Origin: Hemiscyllium ocellatum
Lineage: Eukaryota
Direction: 5' to 3'
DNA: 64,000 nucleotides
Assembly (NCBI RefSeq): GCF_020745735.1
Contig: NC_083432.1
Location: 35,612,533 to 35,676,532 of the forward strand
Shown piece after piece: positions 37,301 to 50,200 of the stretch. Under the pieces are notes generated by a model. It did no database searches, was not told the origin of the DNA, and saw only the letters and a list, made by a program, of their open reading frames with translations. Numbering within the stretch: the first letter of the stretch is position 1; every line of letters starts with the position of its first letter. The position numbers were made by a program, and so were the translations under genes.

Positions 37301-40110
37301 GTACAGGTCACTTCTACTCCAAAAGAGATTCCAATGACCAAAAATATGAATCCTTCTCCCATACACCAGCTCCTCAGCCATGCATTCATCTGGTCTATCC
37401 TCCTATCCTGCCCTCACTAGCTCATAGCACTGGGAGTAATCTAGATATTACCACCCTTGAGGACCTCCTTTTTTAAATTTCTTCCTAACTCTCTGTAATC
37501 TCCCTTCAGAGTCTCAACCTTTTCCCTTCCAATGTCATTGGTTCCAATGTGGACAATGACCTCCTGCTGGCCCCTCTCCCCGTGAGAACATTCTGCACCC
37601 TCTCTGAGACATCCTTGATCCTGGCACCAGGGAAACAACACACCATTCTGCTTTTTCTCTGCTGGCCACAGAAACATCTGTCTGTACCTCTGACTACAGA
37701 ATCCCCTAACACAATTGATCGCATGGAAGCCGACGTACATTTTCACCCCCTACATTTTCCAAAACAGCATACCTGTTTGAAATGGGTATATCCACAAAAG
37801 ACTCCTGCACTAGCTGCCTACCTCTCTTACCCTTCCTGGAGTTAACCCATCTATGTGACTGTATCTGAGACTTTCCCCCCCTTCCTATAACTACCATCCA
37901 TCACATAATGTTGCTGTTGCAAATTCCTCATCACTTCTATCTGTCTCACCAACCGATCCACTCGATCTGATAAGATTCGCATTCAACAGCATTTATGGCA
38001 GATACAATCCGCAGTAACCCTTAAACTCCCACATCTGACAAGATCATATCACTGCAAATGCCATTTTTGCTCCTTCACAATCTACAGACCCAGAATATAA
38101 CATCATCTTATTCCTCTACAAAACACTGCCCCAGGTTAAATTAATAGCCATGACTTATATTTTAAGTTTAATCAAGAGACTTACCTCCAAAAACATATAA
38201 TCAAGAAAGAATCCACTACACTCACTACTGCAGCCTTTTTCTTGGACAGATTTAAAACAACAATTAACTTATCTGATTCTGTGCTGTGAAATTCGCCCAA
38301 CAGTTCCTCCAAGATCAGTTGTGAATTTCACTGTTTGTTAATTTTCCAAAAGATGCATTCCGATGTCCAGCGATACACAAATTCAAACAGCAAAGGCAGT
38401 AACTGTGCAGGTTCTCTCTCTCTCTCTCTCCTGCATTGTCCTCACCATGTGGTTCTTTTATCTGCTCTTCTCCCTTTTAAACTGCTGTTGTTATGACTTT
38501 TTTTTTCCAAAGTTCCAAAACAATGCAACAGCATATAAAATAGTAATTGCGGCTCCTGGAATTCAAGGAAATCACCTCCAACACCTAAAATACCTCAAAA
38601 AAAGGAGCAGCTCTTACAGCCAGAAATTTTTCCATCCACCATCTTGGATTACCCAGAATCCTCATTTTAGGTCCAGGTTTAAATCTTACCTGCTCTGGAC
38701 ATGTCTTGTAATGAGTCCAAACAGGTTACTATTCTAGAACCATAATGACATTTCACCTGATGTCAGTTAACAGTACAGATTAGGGACTGAATATGATTTC
38801 TTCTCTGGCTTCTCTCAGTTATCCATTGCCTTAGTCAGTAAACAATAGAGTAAGCTCATGAAGGTAAGGTTAGTACTCAATAGGCTATTATAAGGCATAT
38901 AAAAAAAATGCTTTTCCTTAGCAAAACTCAACCTCAAACTGTTGCATGAAGTGACAATAAATGAGAATTTGTAATACACAGATCATCAACTCTTTGCCCG
39001 AACCATTAAACTATCGTTGACTCTGTCGATTTCTTTAATTTCCTGATGAAAAGCTCTTCAAATGTTTTGCCTCACCTCAAAAAGTAATTAAGTAAATATA
39101 TCAATGTTTCAATTCTTGCATCTACTTTATTTAAACAAGCATTTTTGCCACCTAACAGTTGGTCATACTATTTTGCTTGTTTAATGTGCTCCAACTGCCA
39201 TGATCCAATTAGTCTCTAATCCCATCTCAAAACAGATATCACTTTTTTCTAGTTTGTTTTATTAGTTAATAGTATTAAAAGCAGATTCACTAGACAATCA
39301 TCTCATTGAGCAAAAGACCACACTGTGTCAGCTTACGATAGAACAACTGAAGCAATTTAATGTCACTCATTGTATGCTAAGAACTGTTAGGTGTTCATGA
39401 TAAGGCCTAACACTGAGACAGTTTTCAGCATTAAACATGGGGCACTGTTAATTTGAGACCACAACCAATTAAACTATATTTTTCAGATAGCCTTCACTGT
39501 GAATAATGTCACTAGAGGAGTGTTTTCTATCAAAGCTTCGCAATTGTTTCTTGGTCTCTGCACTCACATTGTTCACTCCTATGCTATTCTGTGTTCAGGG
39601 TTGATGGTGGCTGAGGTGTTTGGCCGGATTGATGCAATCTACAACGCAAGCTTCAAGCAGTACCTGAAGATCACTCTGTCCTTGTTCTCCTTCGCTCTGG
39701 GCTTCTATCTGGTGCTGAAGGTGCTGGGAGTGGACTTGCTGTGGTCAGTGGAGAAAGCCCAGAGATGGTGCGCCCGAGCAGAATGGGTCCACATCGACAG
39801 CACTCCCTTCGCTGGTCTGGTCAGGAACATGGGGGCCTTGTTCGGATTGGGATTAGCTCTCAACTCCCCCATTTATGCTGAGAGCTGCAAAGGGAAGAGG
39901 AGCCAGCAGTTCAGCTTCAGACTAAGTTGTATAGTGGCTTCGTTACTCATCCTGCATCTGTTTGACTCAGTGAAGCCCCCGACCCAGACGGAATTCCTGT
40001 TTTACTTTCTGTCTTTCTGTAAGAGTGCTGCTGTACCTCTGGCTGCTGTGGCAATTATCCCATTCTCTGCATCACATGTCATGAACCAACAAGAGAAAAA
40101 AATGCTATAG
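28112..40110 (+). CDS. G6PC1: Glucose-6-phosphatase catalytic subunit 1-like, paralog B (5 exons, 357 aa)
   Basis: join(28112..28341,30916..31025,31141..31246,33090..33205,39599..40110), 1074 nt, in frame, GT-AG. Catalytic K/R/H/R/H intact; C-terminal KKML ER-retrieval motif. Confidence 0.95.
29479..30090 (-). mobile_element. CR1/HER1-like LINE 3' fragment in intron 1 of paralog B
   Basis: ATAGAGTCAGAGTC tail and homology to 9528-10140. Confidence 0.8.
30916..31025 (+). CDS. G6PC1: G6PC1 paralog B exon 2
   Basis: [36 protein letters not shown]; tttcag|, |gtattg. Confidence 0.95.
31141..31246 (+). CDS. G6PC1: G6PC1 paralog B exon 3
   Basis: [34 protein letters not shown]; |gtgagt. Confidence 0.95.
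31480..31785 (-). mobile_element. tRNA-derived SINE (same family as 20715-21043)
   Basis: Direct similarity. Confidence 0.65.
32559..32738. mobile_element. Penelope-like fold-back insertion with TSD in intron 3 of paralog B; hammerhead motif on - strand
   Basis: TSD ACAGTCAGC(A/G)GAA at 32546-32558 and 32739-32751; - strand GUUC-CUGAUGA-C-GGGC-UUAU-GCCC-GAAA-CA-UC|GAAU (32652-32617). Confidence 0.8.
33090..33205 (+). CDS. G6PC1: G6PC1 paralog B exon 4
   Basis: [38 protein letters not shown]; tttcag|, |gttagt. Confidence 0.95.
34243..38661 (-). mobile_element. Near full-length (~4.4 kb) CR1/HER1-like LINE, disabled, in intron 4 of paralog B
   Basis: ORF1 SGNH-esterase motifs (IVLGDS, FPGA, VHIGTND); APE endonuclease ([14 protein letters not shown]); RT ([25 protein letters not shown]); CATAGAGT tail; several frameshifts and stops. 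Confidence 0.9.
39599..40110 (+). CDS. G6PC1: G6PC1 paralog B exon 5 coding part (512 nt)
   Basis: gttcag|GG; LMVAEVF...NQQEKKML*. Confidence 0.95.
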
Positions 40111-41221
40111 ATCCCTAGAACCAAGATATTTATACAATAAGGGAAAATAGTGAAGTCAGTTCCAAGAATCAAATCAGTTTGAGTTTGGCTAACTGCTGTA
40201 CTTTGGCACAGAATCGGAATTCAATCAACATAACATTGCCTGCTGGTTTCACTGAACAGACAAGATCTTGTTAGACATGTGACTTACCCAGAAAAATTGC
40301 ATACAGTGCAGATTTCCTGTGGACCAACTGCTCACGTTTTAGATCAGCAGTAGAATCTTTAGTTGTTGTTTCCATCTGTATTCTTTTGTAGCCCAGTGTT
40401 TGAACCAAGTTACATTTATCCTCATCAAACCTCCAGATAATCAGTCACCCTGCATACTTCTGTGCGGTCAAATAAGCTCCTTAAAGGGCTATGTTTTGTG
40501 CACTGTTGTTGCCTTCACTGGACTCCTTGTCAATAAAGCTGCTTGTTTAAAGGCAACACTTGGAGCTCCACTGATAATGCAATGAAAAACAGCACGTGGT
40601 GTTAAAAATAGGTCTCTCTTGGCTGATGTTACCTGAGCAGGGAGCGTGGCTCCAGTTCCTAACTAATGGCCTGTATGGAAAGCATGTTTGTATGGACGTG
40701 GACAATGCTGTACCAGATCATGATTCACCCCATGGTCGAATATGCTGCTGACACAACTTTTATGCTCACAGAATAAAGAGAAGTCAGTTAAATTTGACAC
40801 TGAAGGTATATGGGTCTGTGTGAAGTCTGTGTTGGGGAGGGAGCACAATACAATATATTCGTTTCAAGCATTTCATGTTCTAATTACCGTGTTTGACATT
40901 AGTAATTGGGAACACATTGTTCATTAATAATAATCTGGTCACAATCTTCATGTCAACAGAATCTAACTCTTCACAATTTGTGTTTTAAGAAGAAAAGGGA
41001 TTTTAAAATGTATGTGCCTGAATGCACTATCTGTGCATTAGAATATAATGTGGTTCTGACAGAGGGTGGATAGTTATTTATTTTGGATGGGTGTTCTTTA
41101 TCACAAAAAGACATTGTTATGTACTTTAGAAGACCAATTAGATGGCTTAACAATCTGCCACCATTTTATTCTTTTCACTGTGCACATCTTTGAGCAACGG
41201 TTTTGTTTTGTGTTTTGTTGT

Positions 41222-41227
41222 AATAAA
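41222..41227 (+). terminator. Candidate polyadenylation signal, paralog B
   Basis: AATAAA followed by a GT/T-rich tract; alternative AATAAA at 40532 and 40772. Confidence 0.35.
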
Positions 41228-41469
41228 TGTTTTGAAAGCAAAGGCACATTGTTTTATATGTCATTTGTTTTAGATTCTGTGGGTTTTTATACTAATCTAT
41301 CTTATTCTGAATATCCCAACATTATATACAGCTCTAGCTGACAGCTGGAAGTATGAGCCATGAGAGTAGCTGAGATCTGCAATTCGCAAATAGATAAAAG
41401 TGTTATAGTCTGAGTATCTTGCATGCTTCCATATTCCTGGGTCTGAGCAGACACAGGATGGGGCCTAAG

Positions 41470-42463
41470 TACAACAGGACTTGATCAGATAGGTCAATGG
41501 GCTGATGAGTGGCAAATAAAGTTTAATTTAGATAAATGTGAGGTGTTTCATTTTGGGAATACAAATTAGGGGAGGACTTACATACTAAATGGTAAGGTCC
41601 TGGGGAGTGTTGTTGAATGAAAAGAACTTGGAGTGCAAGTTCCTAGTTTCCTAAAAGTGGAGTCGCAGGTAGACAAAATAATGAAGAAGGACTTTGGTAC
41701 GTTTGCTTTTATTGGTCAGGAGTTGGGATGTCATGTGATGGCTGTTCAGGACAGTTTTAGGCTGCTTTTGGAGATCTGCGTTCACTTCTGGTTCTGGTAT
41801 CCCAGATATAGGAAAGATGTTGTGAAACTTGAAAAGATTTAGAAAAAGATTTACAAGGATGTTGCCGGGATTGGAGGGTTTGAGCTATAGAGAGACGTTC
41901 CAAAGATGTGCAGGTCAGGTGATTTGGCCATGCTAAATTGCCCGTAGTGTTAGGTAAAAGGGGTAAATGTAGGGGAATGGGTGGGTTGCGCTTCGGCGGG
42001 TCGGTGTGGACTTGTTGGGCCGAAGGGCCTGTTTCCACACTGTAAGTAATCTAATCTAATGAGACTGTAGCTGTGTTCCCTGGAGCATCAGAGGCTGAAG
42101 GGTGACCTTATAGAGGTTTATTAAATCATGACCGACATGTATAGGTTGAATAGCCTAGGTTATTTTCCCAGGGTCGGGGAGCTCATAACTAGAGGACATA
42201 GGTTTAATGTGAGAGGGAAAAGATTTAAAAGGGACCTAAGGGCCAACCTTTACACTCAGAGGGTGGTGCATGCATGGAATAAGTTCCCAGAAGAAGTGGC
42301 GGAGGTTGGTACAATTACAACATTTAAAAGGCATCTGGATGGAAGGGTTTAGAGGGGTATGGGCCAAATGCTGGCAAATGAGACTAGGTTAATTTGGACT
42401 ATCCGGTCAGCATGACGAGTTGGACCAAAGGGTCTGTTTCCACGTTGTATGATCGATGACTAT
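41470..42463 (+). mobile_element. CR1/HER1-like 3' fragment containing a truncated HE1 SINE (41897-42060)
   Basis: RT C-terminal similarity; SINE flanked by GAGAC at 41892-41896 and 42061-42065, with (AATCT)n tail. Confidence 0.8.
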
Positions 42464-42888
42464 ACAAGTAGGTCTTTGTAACCTTTTGTCATCCACTTTC
42501 TGGCCCAATAGGACTGCATAGAAACTAGATTGTGAATATGTAGCCAAAGGGCTTTCAATGTTGTTCTGAAAGGGAAACTAAAGAGCGAAGAAAGCAATGA
42601 GAAAAAAATGATGGGCAGATATGCTAGAGTGAGATGTACTTTCAAGCAGTGACACCAGCAAGGACTGGAGAGGATCCTTTCAGGAATTCAGCACAGGAGG
42701 TTACAGTGTAGAATCAGGAAATGGCTAAGTTATTAAAAAGTACATTGCAGCTATTTATACAACTAAAAATAACACTAGGTCAGTAATAATGGAGGTGCTA
42801 ATCAAATTCAATATTTGGAGGTTGGTGCAGAAACAGACCCAGCAGGGATTAAAGTCCTTTTGCATCCCTACTTCGGCTGGATCTGATA

Positions 42889-42927
42889 TCATCGCATCAT
42901 TAATGTCATCGCATCATTAATGTCATC
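42889..42927. repeat. 17-bp tandem repeat (2.3 copies)
   Basis: TCATCGCATCATTAATG x2 + TCATC. Confidence 0.9.
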
Positions 42928-43035
42928 AGATTAAGCATTAATAGAAATGAGGACTATGCTACAAATCACTAACTAATATATTTAATGACTCAATCCAACT
43001 CATTCCATTCCATGACTCTGAAAGATACCTATACA

Positions 43036-43320
43036 TTAGATTCCCTAAAGTATGGAGACAGGCCCTTCAGCCTAACAAGTCCACACTGACCCTCCAAAGC
43101 GTAACCACCCAGACCCATTCCACCACCCTATATTTGCCCCTGACTAATGCACCCAGCATCATGGGCAATTCAGTTAAGCCAATTCACCTGACCTGCACAC
43201 CTTAGGATTGTGGGAGGAAAACGACACAGACACTGGGAGAATGTGCAAACTCTAGACAGACAGTCACCCAAGGTGGGAATTGAACCCAGGTTCCTGGCAC
43301 TGCAAACCACTGAGCCACCC
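43036..43320 (-). mobile_element. HE1-like SINE
   Basis: Homologous to 45432-45748. Confidence 0.75.
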
Positions 43321-44088
43321 ATATAATGGCAATGTTTAAGAAAGTACTTGCAGAGTCTAATATTTTTAAAGTGATGCCATCATAGTTTTTGAACAAGGTG
43401 CTCCTCTTTTAATAACTTGGTCAAATTGTTTAAAGTGCTGACAAAACTGGGCGCGCTGATTTGTTTTATCTTTTAATTAGCAACAGACCTTTGGTCAAAT
43501 GAGGTACACAAATCTGTTAGATAAGATTTTATCCAGTGAATTGGATGAGCAGATTTGACATTAAGCAGCAAGTTAGCTCTGGTATCATAGCCTGTGGGTA
43601 GGCAGTTAATTGAATAAACCTTCAATTTATTTGGTTACAATAGTGAGACTTTTACCAAATTTAACAACTGTAAAATAGTTCCAACACAGAAGATGGCCAT
43701 TCAACATATTGCATCCATGTCACTTCTGTGTGAGAGCAACTCACCCAGTTCCAATCACCTACCTTCCTCAATAGCCTTGCATTGTTCTTCTAGTCAGATA
43801 ATTACCTAATTCTCTTTGTAAAGCTACAAATCAATCTGTCTCCAACACTCTGCAGAGCCTATTCACCCACTGTAGAAAAAGTTTTTTCCTCATAATTCAT
43901 TTTCCAATCACTCTGAAACCAGCATCCTTTGGCTTTCAGTCCCCCCCAACAGGAGCAGTATCTGCCTGTCTATTCCACTCAAACCCCTTTGAATCTATCC
44001 ATCAACTCTTCTTTCGAGTCTTCTCTCCTCCAGTGAGATCAATCTCCAATCTATCCACAGCCCAATTCCTGGAATAATTCTAGTTTTA

Positions 44089-44380
44089 GACATTGAATCC
44101 CTACAGTGTGGAAGCAGGCCATTCAGCCCATCAAGTCCACACTGACACTCCAAACAGCATCCCACCTAGACCAGCCCTGCATTTACCTAACTTACACATT
44201 CCTGGACACTATGGGCACTTTAGTACAGACAATCCACCTAACCTGCACATCTTTGGCCTGTGGGAGGAAACCTGTACAGTCACAGGGAGAATGTACAAAT
44301 TCCACACAGACAGTCACCCAAGACTATAATTGAATCTGGGACGCTGGCACTGTGAAGCAGCACTGATAACCACTCAGCAG
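44089..44380 (-). mobile_element. HE1-like SINE within an old CR1 remnant (~43680-44960)
   Basis: Homologous to the other HE1 copies. Confidence 0.7.
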
Positions 44381-45118
44381 CTGTTTCTGAACCATCTCTA
44401 ATGCCTTCTCATCTTTCCTGTAGTGAGCTACCCAGAGCTGGTCACAGTAATCTAATTGAGGGTGGATCAGTGACCTAAATATTATCACAATTTCTTTAAT
44501 ACTCTGTGTCCCTATTTATAAAGCCCAAAGTCCCATGTGCTTTGTTCATTACTTTCGCAAGTAAGTTTTCAAAAAGTTGCCATCTTCAATGATTTTTGCG
44601 CATACATTCTCAGGTCCCTATTTTCCTGTATCCCCTTTAGAATCGCACCTGATAGTTTACATTGCTTCTCTTCATTCTTCCTACAAAAAATAAATCACCT
44701 TGCACCCCTCTCCATTAAATTTCATGTTCCACTTGCCTGCTTTCTTATTCTCTTGAAGTGTATTTATAGTTTTCTCACAATACGTTCCAAGCTTTGTTTT
44801 GATTCACATATTTTGAAATTGTCTCCTGCACACTCCAGTCTCAGTCAAGAAAATCAGGGGAACTGTCACTAACCCCGATGATCATCAGTTTATACCTTTT
44901 CACCACTACTCCCTATTGCCTGTCACTCAGCCAATTTTGTATCCATACTGGCAGTGTTTATTTTGGTTACAAACATATGAACTGGGGGAATGTAGGCCAT
45001 TCAGCCTTTCAAACCTGCTCCAATATTCAATAAAACCATGACTGTATCATCAAATCCAAATTTCTACCTACCTACCTACCTCGATAACTTTTCATCTGCT
45101 TGCTTAGCAAAAAGCTGT

Positions 45119-45415
45119 GGGTGGCACGGTAGCACAGTGGTTAGCACTGCTGCGTCACAGAATCAGAGACCTGCGTTCGATTCTTCAGGCAACTGGCTGT
45201 GTGGAGTTTGCACATTCTCCCCGCGTCTGGGTGGATTTCCTCCGGGTGCTCCGGTTTCCTCCCACAGTCCAAAAATGTGCGGGTTAGGTGAATTGGCCAT
45301 GCTAAATTACCCGTAGTGTTAGATGTAGGGGAATGGGTCTGGGTGGGTTGCTCTTCAGAGGATCGCTGTGGGCTTGTTGGGCTGAAGAGCCTGTTTCCAC
45401 ACTGTAAATAATCTA
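45119..45415 (+). mobile_element. HE1-like SINE, full length
   Basis: A box GGTAGCACAGTGG, B box GTTCGATTC, 3' end GCCTGTTTCCACACTGTA shared with the CR1/HER1 3' end. Confidence 0.85.
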
Positions 45416-45431
45416 AAAAAAAATTAAGTTA

Positions 45432-45748
45432 TAGATTAGATTAGATTCCCTACAGTGTGAAAACAGGCCCTTCGGCCCAACAAGTCCACACTGACCCTCC
45501 GAAGAGCAACCCGCACAGACCCATTTACCCCTGACTAATGTACCGAACACTACAGGCAATTTAGCATGACTAATTAATCTAACCTGCACAGTTTTGGATT
45601 GTGGGAGGAAACTCAAGCACCCAGAGGAAACCGATGCAGACACAGGGAGAATGAGCAAACTCCACACAGTCACCCAATGTGGGAATCAAACCCAGGTCCC
45701 TGGTGCTGTGAGGCAGCAGTGCTAACCACTGAGCCACCGTGCCACCCC
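45432..45748 (-). mobile_element. HE1-like SINE, full length, inverted relative to its neighbour
   Basis: (TAGAT)n tail at left, GGGGTGGCACGGTGGCTCAGTGG head at right. Confidence 0.85.
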
Positions 45749-47269
45749 AAATTATGTTATAGACTAGGAAGAATTTTGTTTATTCCTTGGAATAAATTCG
45801 CAAAAGATGCGTCAAGTATGGATTCTCTGTCGACCTTGAAAAGCAACTTTGATGAATTATTGAGAATGGGAGGTACCACCAATTATTGAAGATGGATAAA
45901 GGAAAGTTATAATTATTGGTGTCATGAATCACTCGCTTGAGCTTTGACTTGGGTGTGCTGGTTTTGGACGGGGGTGGACAAAGTTAAAAATCACACACTA
46001 CCAGGTTATCGTCCAACAGGTTTATTTGGAAGCATTAGCTTTTGGAACACTGCTCCTTGATCAGATGGTTATCTCTGGAGCTTATTTGTTTGGAAATTGG
46101 CAGTGTTTATTTTCCTAAATTGATGGAAGGCTCTTTAGTTTGATTTTAGTTTTGTCTCTCCAAGGGGATTATGTGTCTGGGCCAATCAATAGTGTAGAGC
46201 CTATGATTTGGAATATCTTTTCTTGTCTTTTTAAAACATAATTTAATAATTATAAATAAATGCATCCTTGGTTAAGATTTCAGAAAGAGATGTAGGTCTT
46301 TGGAAGGATAAGGTCAAAAATCACATGACACCAGGTGTGAAAACATTACCTTTTGGAGCGATGTTCTTCACCTGAAAGCTTGTGAATTCAAATAAACCTG
46401 TTGGATTATAACTGGTGTTGTGTGATTTTTGACTTTGTCCACCCCAGTCCAACTTCCACATCGTGAGAAGTATACCTTGTTAGGAAGGGCCACAACTGTG
46501 GGGAAAAAGACATCTTAGTTTAGTGTGAGATCTCAAATATGGTGTTGACATTTGACCCTCATTCATACTTGCCTCATTATGAGATGTACTTGGAAAGATG
46601 GTCTCTGAATGCAATTGCTCCTGTTAATTTTCAATTGAGCCAGAAAATGTTACGATTGAAGATTTCAATTATTTTTGGTTACGTTGTTAAAAAAAAATCA
46701 ATTTGATCAATTTCTTCTTTTGATCTGGCAATAAATTAAATTATTTGAATATTCAAAATGATAGCACAATGAGATGTCATTGATTTTGAGCATTTGCCCC
46801 TGAATTTTAACTGGTTGTGCCAGATTTTCAATTTGCAGATTAAAAATTATGGTCCATATACAGAGACACTTGCAGCAGGAGACCATTGAATATTTGAGGA
46901 AGTGGGCTCATAGCAAATCTGGAAGACCTTTACTGTCTGAATCTTGCTGTTGTGTATATTCGTAATTTGTGGGGGTATTCAAGTGAACAGGGATGATTGA
47001 GCCACTTACTGTGCAGTATGAGTGCTGTAAAATCAAATTTAACACTTTCTCAGTCACTTGGACTGTTCTATTCCATAATTCCATAACCATACTCCCAGCT
47101 GATCTTCAAAATTTAATTCTTTGGCAAAACCTTTGGTCACCTGGTCTACTATCTCTTTGATGCCAAATTTTGTTCAGTTACACTCCTATGAAACATTTGT
47201 GAAGTATATTAAAATAAATGCAAATTGTAATTGTATCAATAAAAAATGCATGCTTCATATTTCTAATGA

Positions 47270-50200
47270 GGGAGGCTGCTGAATAAGATAAGGCCCATGG
47301 TGTCAGAGGCAAGGTGCTAGCATGGATAGAAGCTTGGCTGTTTGGCAGAAAGCAGAGAGTGGGGATAAAAGGGTCCTTCTCAGGATGGCGGCTGGTGACA
47401 AGTGGTGATCCACAAAGCTCAGTGTTGGGACCACAACTTTTCACTTTATACATTTTTGAATAGGCATTTTTATTGAAAGAAAAAAGAGATTTTTTCACAT
47501 TTTTTACAAAATTACAAAGTAATACAAACAGATATAAACACTAACATACAATTAAGTATATTTTAAAAAAGCCAAAACACAACAAAAGTTAAAAAAGGAG
47601 GAAAATATCTCAGCTGACTCCTAATCTATCCTAAAAACAACCAAAGCATAAAATAAGATAACTTACATTACATTACTAGTAGGAAATAACGTAATAATTA
47701 AATAATTAAATATGTACTCAAAATGGATTAACATCAAATCATAATAAAACTCGGTTTTAAACGGGATTCCTCCCCCGGTGGGATGGGGGTGGGGTGGGGG
47801 GGGGGAGGGGGGGAGGTGGGGGGCTGGAGGCGGACCAACCAGAACCACTACCACAGCTAGACAAAAGCCCTTGATAATATGGCCGAAATGTCTGTGCCTA
47901 TATAGTTCAAAAAGGGCTGCCATATTTTATAAAATAATTCAGTTTTTTGGTACACCATATTTGTGAGGAGCTCAAGGGGGAAAAGTTCCATGATTAATGT
48001 GTGCCAATTTGGAAGTCCAGGAGGGACCTCAGCTACACAATTAACTAAGATATTTTTCCTTGCACAAAAAGAGAGAATGGAGAATAATTTCCTCCCACGC
48101 ACATCCAGGGAAGGCAGATTTGAAAAGTCCAGGAGAAGAGACATTGGATCCAATCCAATCTCTGATCCCAAAATTACTGTCACAGCATTCGCTACTCTGT
48201 CCCAGTATTTGTGGATCTTGTGACATGTCCATAAACAATGCGTGAGAGTGCCCACTTCTATTTCACATTTAGGACACATCAGAGATGTTTCTGCCCTAAA
48301 TTTTGCCAGTCGTTCCGGTGCTATATGAGCCCTGTGGAGTATCTTTAATTGAATAGCTTGGGTTCTATTACAAATAGAGATCGTTTTGGCATTTTCCCAG
48401 ATGTTCTCCCACATTTCTGAAGGAATTTCTAGCCCCAATTCCTGGTTCCATATTTTAAACAGTCATTTCATGTCTTTCGATACCTCATTATGTACTGAGT
48501 GATAAAGAGTACTGACCGAGGGTGGACCCATTGGCCATAGCACTCTCCTCTCTCTATCCGATTTGTAGGGATTGTCTAATAATGTTGTCTTCTTCTGTAT
48601 ATAATCTCGTATTTGGAAATACCGAGAAAGGTCTCCATTAGGCAGTCCAAACCTGTGGTGCAGCGGCTCAAAAGACATCATAACCTCTCCATCAAACAGG
48701 TCCCCTCATCAAGAGACACCTCTGGACCTCCAGGTTCTAAATGTAGCATCTGTCTGCCCTGGCTGAAAATCCCATGGTCCCACTATGGGGGTATAAGGAA
48801 AGGTTTTTTGTAAGTTACCCTCATCTTGCCGCATTATCCTCCAAGCTTTAATTGTATTTAATACTGTAGGGTTTTTACAATAGTCCATAATAGCTCTCAT
48901 TTTATTTAAAAATAAAAGATTGATAAGGGACACTTTCTTGGGAGGTCTCAATGTCTAACCAGATTGATTGTGGATCACAAGAGACCCAATCAGCTACATA
49001 ACCTGATGAAGAGCTCAACTGATACCTCCTAAAGTCTGGAAGGCTTGTGGAAGCTGCAGCTTCTCAAATTTGATAGGGGCCATCTATGATTCCAAATAAA
49101 GGAACTAAGCTAGCTGTGTAGTTTACGTAACATTGGTTTCAGCAACATCAAAGGGAGCATTCTCATAGGACATAAGAGACGAGGCAGAATATTCATTTTA
49201 ATACTCTGCCTAACCAGGATATTGGGAGATCATCCTAGCATTGAAGGTCCTGCCTCATTTTCTCTAGTAGGTGTATAAAATGGGCTTTATACAGCTGACC
49301 AAATACCTAGGTATAGAAAACCCTCCAGTAACCACCGAAAGGGAAAACAAGATGCGTCTGATAAGTTGGATATACTCGCAAGACCACCCAATGGCATGGC
49401 CTCCAATTTCGTAAAATTGATTTTGTAGCCTGAGAACATACCAAACAGATTAATTACCTGAATTAAGCGCGGTATGGATATCAGAGGCTTACTTAAGAAC
49501 AGGAGGACATCATCTGCATAGAGAGTAATTTTATGTTTACCCAAACCAACCCTCGGAGCCACTACGTTAGAGGCGGTTTATATAACTTCCGCTAGAGGTT
49601 CAATTATTAGTGTGAATAATAACAGTGAGAGAGGACATCCCTGACGACAGCCCCTGCCCACACTGAAGCTATCCAAACCTAAACCATTGGTGATCATGGC
49701 TGCTTTGGGGTCACTGTATAATATTGAGACTCATTTAGAAAATACCTCTCCAAAACCAAACCTTTCCAGTGTATAAAAAAAGATATGACCATTTAACCCG
49801 GTCAAATGCCTTCTCTGCATCCAAGGAGACAACTATCCCCGGTATTCTTTCATGTTGACAGGCTTGTATCATATTTAAGACCCTTCTAATGTTGTTAGAT
49901 GATCTACCGCCCTTGATAAACACCGTCTGGTCCTCTTTTATGATACATGGTAAGACCCTCTCCAATCTTAATGCTAATGTTTTAGAAAGGATTTTAAAAT
50001 CTACATTTAGCAAGGATGTTGGTCAATATGCTGAACAATCTTCTGGGGCCTTTCCTTTTTTAAGAATGAGAGAAATATTTGCTTCTCTCAATGAAGGCGG
50101 GAGACAGCCTTGACTGTATGAGCAATTATACATGTCTATGAGTGGGCCAGCCAGTTCCCCTATGAATTCTTTATAAAATTCAACCTGGAGTCCGTCTGGT

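Noticed and set aside
45119-45195. tRNA gene
   Set aside because: The A/B boxes belong to SINE heads that continue into SINE body and LINE-derived tail; no full cloverleaf.
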